Source: Octopus sinensis
Lineage: Eukaryota
Direction: 5' to 3'
Length of the DNA stretch: 9,883 nt
NCBI RefSeq assembly: GCF_006345805.1
Contig: NW_021827821.1
Coordinates: forward strand, 1-9,883
Shown: in pieces, positions 8,256 to 9,883 of the stretch
Numbering within the stretch: the stretch's first letter is position 1
Layout of the letters: the number at the start of each line of letters is the position of its first letter
The notes under the pieces: generated by a model
The model's database searches: none
Seen by the model: only the letters and a program-made list of their open reading frames with translations
Told to the model about the DNA's origin: nothing
Position numbers and translations under genes: made by a program

Positions 8256-9199
8256 GTTATTAAATATTTAAAACATTTGGTGTAGCAGTCGGTGAAAATG
8301 CTATGCATGGGATTTATTCTTGCTTCGCTTTGGGTTATCCTTCTAAAATTCTGCCCCAGAGGTCACATCATTTTCATCCTTCTGTGGTCGAAAAATAAGT
8401 ACGGGTTTCTTTTGATGTTTAGCTCACACATTGACGGGCCCAGTGGATCGGATATAAGGCTAAAGACACCCCAGCCGCTTTCATCTAACGTTTATTTTTA
8501 TATTGATAACGATTGCTGGACAGTACTAGCTAATGTCTCACCATCTTCATAAGGAGAATAATTTGAGGGAAATTTTGTTGCTATTCTTAGTCATCACATA
8601 GAGATAGCTACACCAGAAAGATAGTGATGTCGAAGTAATCAACGATACGTTTGACGCATGAACCCCCAGGATAAACACAGCCTAAGGATGGTAACCAGTA
8701 AAATGAAAATGACTATGGAGTAAATTACTATTTTCTTCTGGAAATTAAGCATCTCAATGTGATTATGTAATCGCTTACGTAAAAATTACAAGGCATCATA
8801 CGACTATTTGCTTGTGAAACACGTGTAAAAGCTTATGTAATTTCAAATGTTATAATTCTGCTCTTGGATACAATTATATATGTCCATAACCCTCACTGGA
8901 ACTCTTGAATTGTTGATCAAAGCATGAAACAGAAAATGATGCAACGTATTTATAAACATCAGAGTACTGGCTTTGGACACAGAAAAAAAAAAACACGCCT
9001 CTGCATGCACAAACACACACGGCTATATACAATCATATACGTAGGTAGAGAAATGTATCTGAAGCTGGTAAATAACAAAGACAAATCAATCATTATTCCT
9101 TACAGCTATTTCAATTAACACACAGTGAATTAATTAAACATTAAATTCATATGCCCGTAGCATAATATCGTTAGAGAGGAAAATACTGTTAGATGTTTT

Positions 9200-9618
9200 A
9201 TAGGCGCAGGAGAGGATGTGTGGTAAGTAGCTTGCTTACCAACCATATAGTACCGAGTTCAGTCACACTACGTAGCATCTTGGGCGAGTGTCTTCTACTA
9301 TAGCCTCGGGCAGACCAAAGCCTTGTAAGTGGATTTGGTAGACGGAAACTGAAAGAAGCCCGTCGCATATATGTATATATATATATATATATATGTATGT
9401 GTATGTATATGTTTGTGTTTGTCCCCCAACATCGCTTGACAACCGATGCTAGTGTGTTTACGACGCCGTAACTTAGCGGTTCGGCAAAAGAGACTGATAG
9501 AATAAGTACTAGGCTTACAAAGAATAAGTCATGGGGTGGATTTGCTCGACTAAAAGCGGTGCTCCAGCATGGCCACAGTCAAATGACTGAAAGAATTAAA
9601 AGAGTAAAGAGTAAAGAG
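9200..9618 (+). mobile_element. Full-length tRNA-derived SINE family A
   Basis: Head ataggcgcagg; eroded A box (9213-23); B box GTTCAGTC (9257-64); cttgggcgagtgtctt; internal (TA)/(TG) tract at 9367-9420; 3' hairpin CAGTC-AAAT-GACTG (9576-89); (AAAGAGT)n tail. Possible TSD AGATGTTT (9191-98)/AGATGTGT (9617-24). Confidence 0.95.
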
Positions 9619-9753
9619 ATGTGTGACGAAAGATTTCCGGACAATGGCCATGAGTTAGAAAGAACAGTAATAACCGAGTGAAAAAACGAATATATAGCGC
9701 GTGTGTTTATTTGGCAAAACAAAAATAAATTACTAAAAGAGATTGAAACATTC

Positions 9754-9797
9754 TATATATATATATATATTATATATTTATATATATATAGATATAT
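9754..9797. repeat. Interrupted (TA)n microsatellite
   Basis: Direct reading. Confidence 0.9.
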
Positions 9798-9813
9798 TTA
9801 ATTTTATAGAAGG

Positions 9814-9863
9814 AGCTTCTACAGGACTAGAACTGTTTCATTCAAAAGAAATCATCATAAGCT
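9814..9863 (-). ncRNA. Type I hammerhead motif with a complete helix III; C3 is mutated in this copy
   Basis: Minus strand reads AGCUU AUGAUGA U-UUC-UUUU-GAA-U GAAA CAG-UUCUAGUC-CUG UA GAAGCU: 4-bp helix III (ACAG/CUGU), GUA triplet, AGCUU/AAGCU helix I. An 'A' stands where 'CC' (2.1 and C3) is expected. Confidence 0.6.
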
Positions 9864-9883
9864 AGGTGACAAGAGTAGTTTTG

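Noticed and set aside
8292-8552. 86-aa ORF (also 1479-1793, 7744-7929, 8924-9118)
   Set aside because: Short, AT-biased, no recognisable family or splice context.
8640-8715. Faint hammerhead-like strings (CUGGGGG..AAACGUA on minus; CUAAGGAUGG on plus)
   Set aside because: Three or more core changes and no helix I.
8787-8835. ACAAG/CUUGU stem followed by GAAACACGUGUA
   Set aside because: No CUGANGA or UUGANAA core upstream.
9619-9681. Short ORF MCDERF.. resembling a C2H2 fragment
   Set aside because: Only 20 codons, and it lacks the second Cys and the His pair spacing.

Overview
AT-rich, microsatellite-dense, non-coding eukaryotic DNA (intron or intergenic). It is most likely Octopus/cephalopod, inferred from recognisable tRNA-derived SINE families rather than from a database search. 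No credible protein-coding gene is present: the listed ORFs are translations of (CA)n, (TA)n, (TATC)n, (ACC)n or GA-rich tracts, of SINEs, or are short and unsupported. The window holds five copies of one tRNA-headed SINE family (two near-intact, three degraded), fragments of two or three other SINE/LINE-tail families, and a ~180-bp TA-flanked MITE-like element. The main unexpected signal is five type I hammerhead ribozyme (HHR)-like motifs with unrelated flanks, all folded by eye: 1220-1259 (+), 3262-3311 (-), 4854-4899 (-), 6623-6721 (+) and 9814-9863 (-). One carries the compensatory U3-A8 core. Another has a long helix I with a GGC bulge and an enlarged, possibly branched domain II. They are probably footprints of several Penelope-like or retrozyme-type retroelements. 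No activity or copy-number claim can be confirmed from sequence alone.
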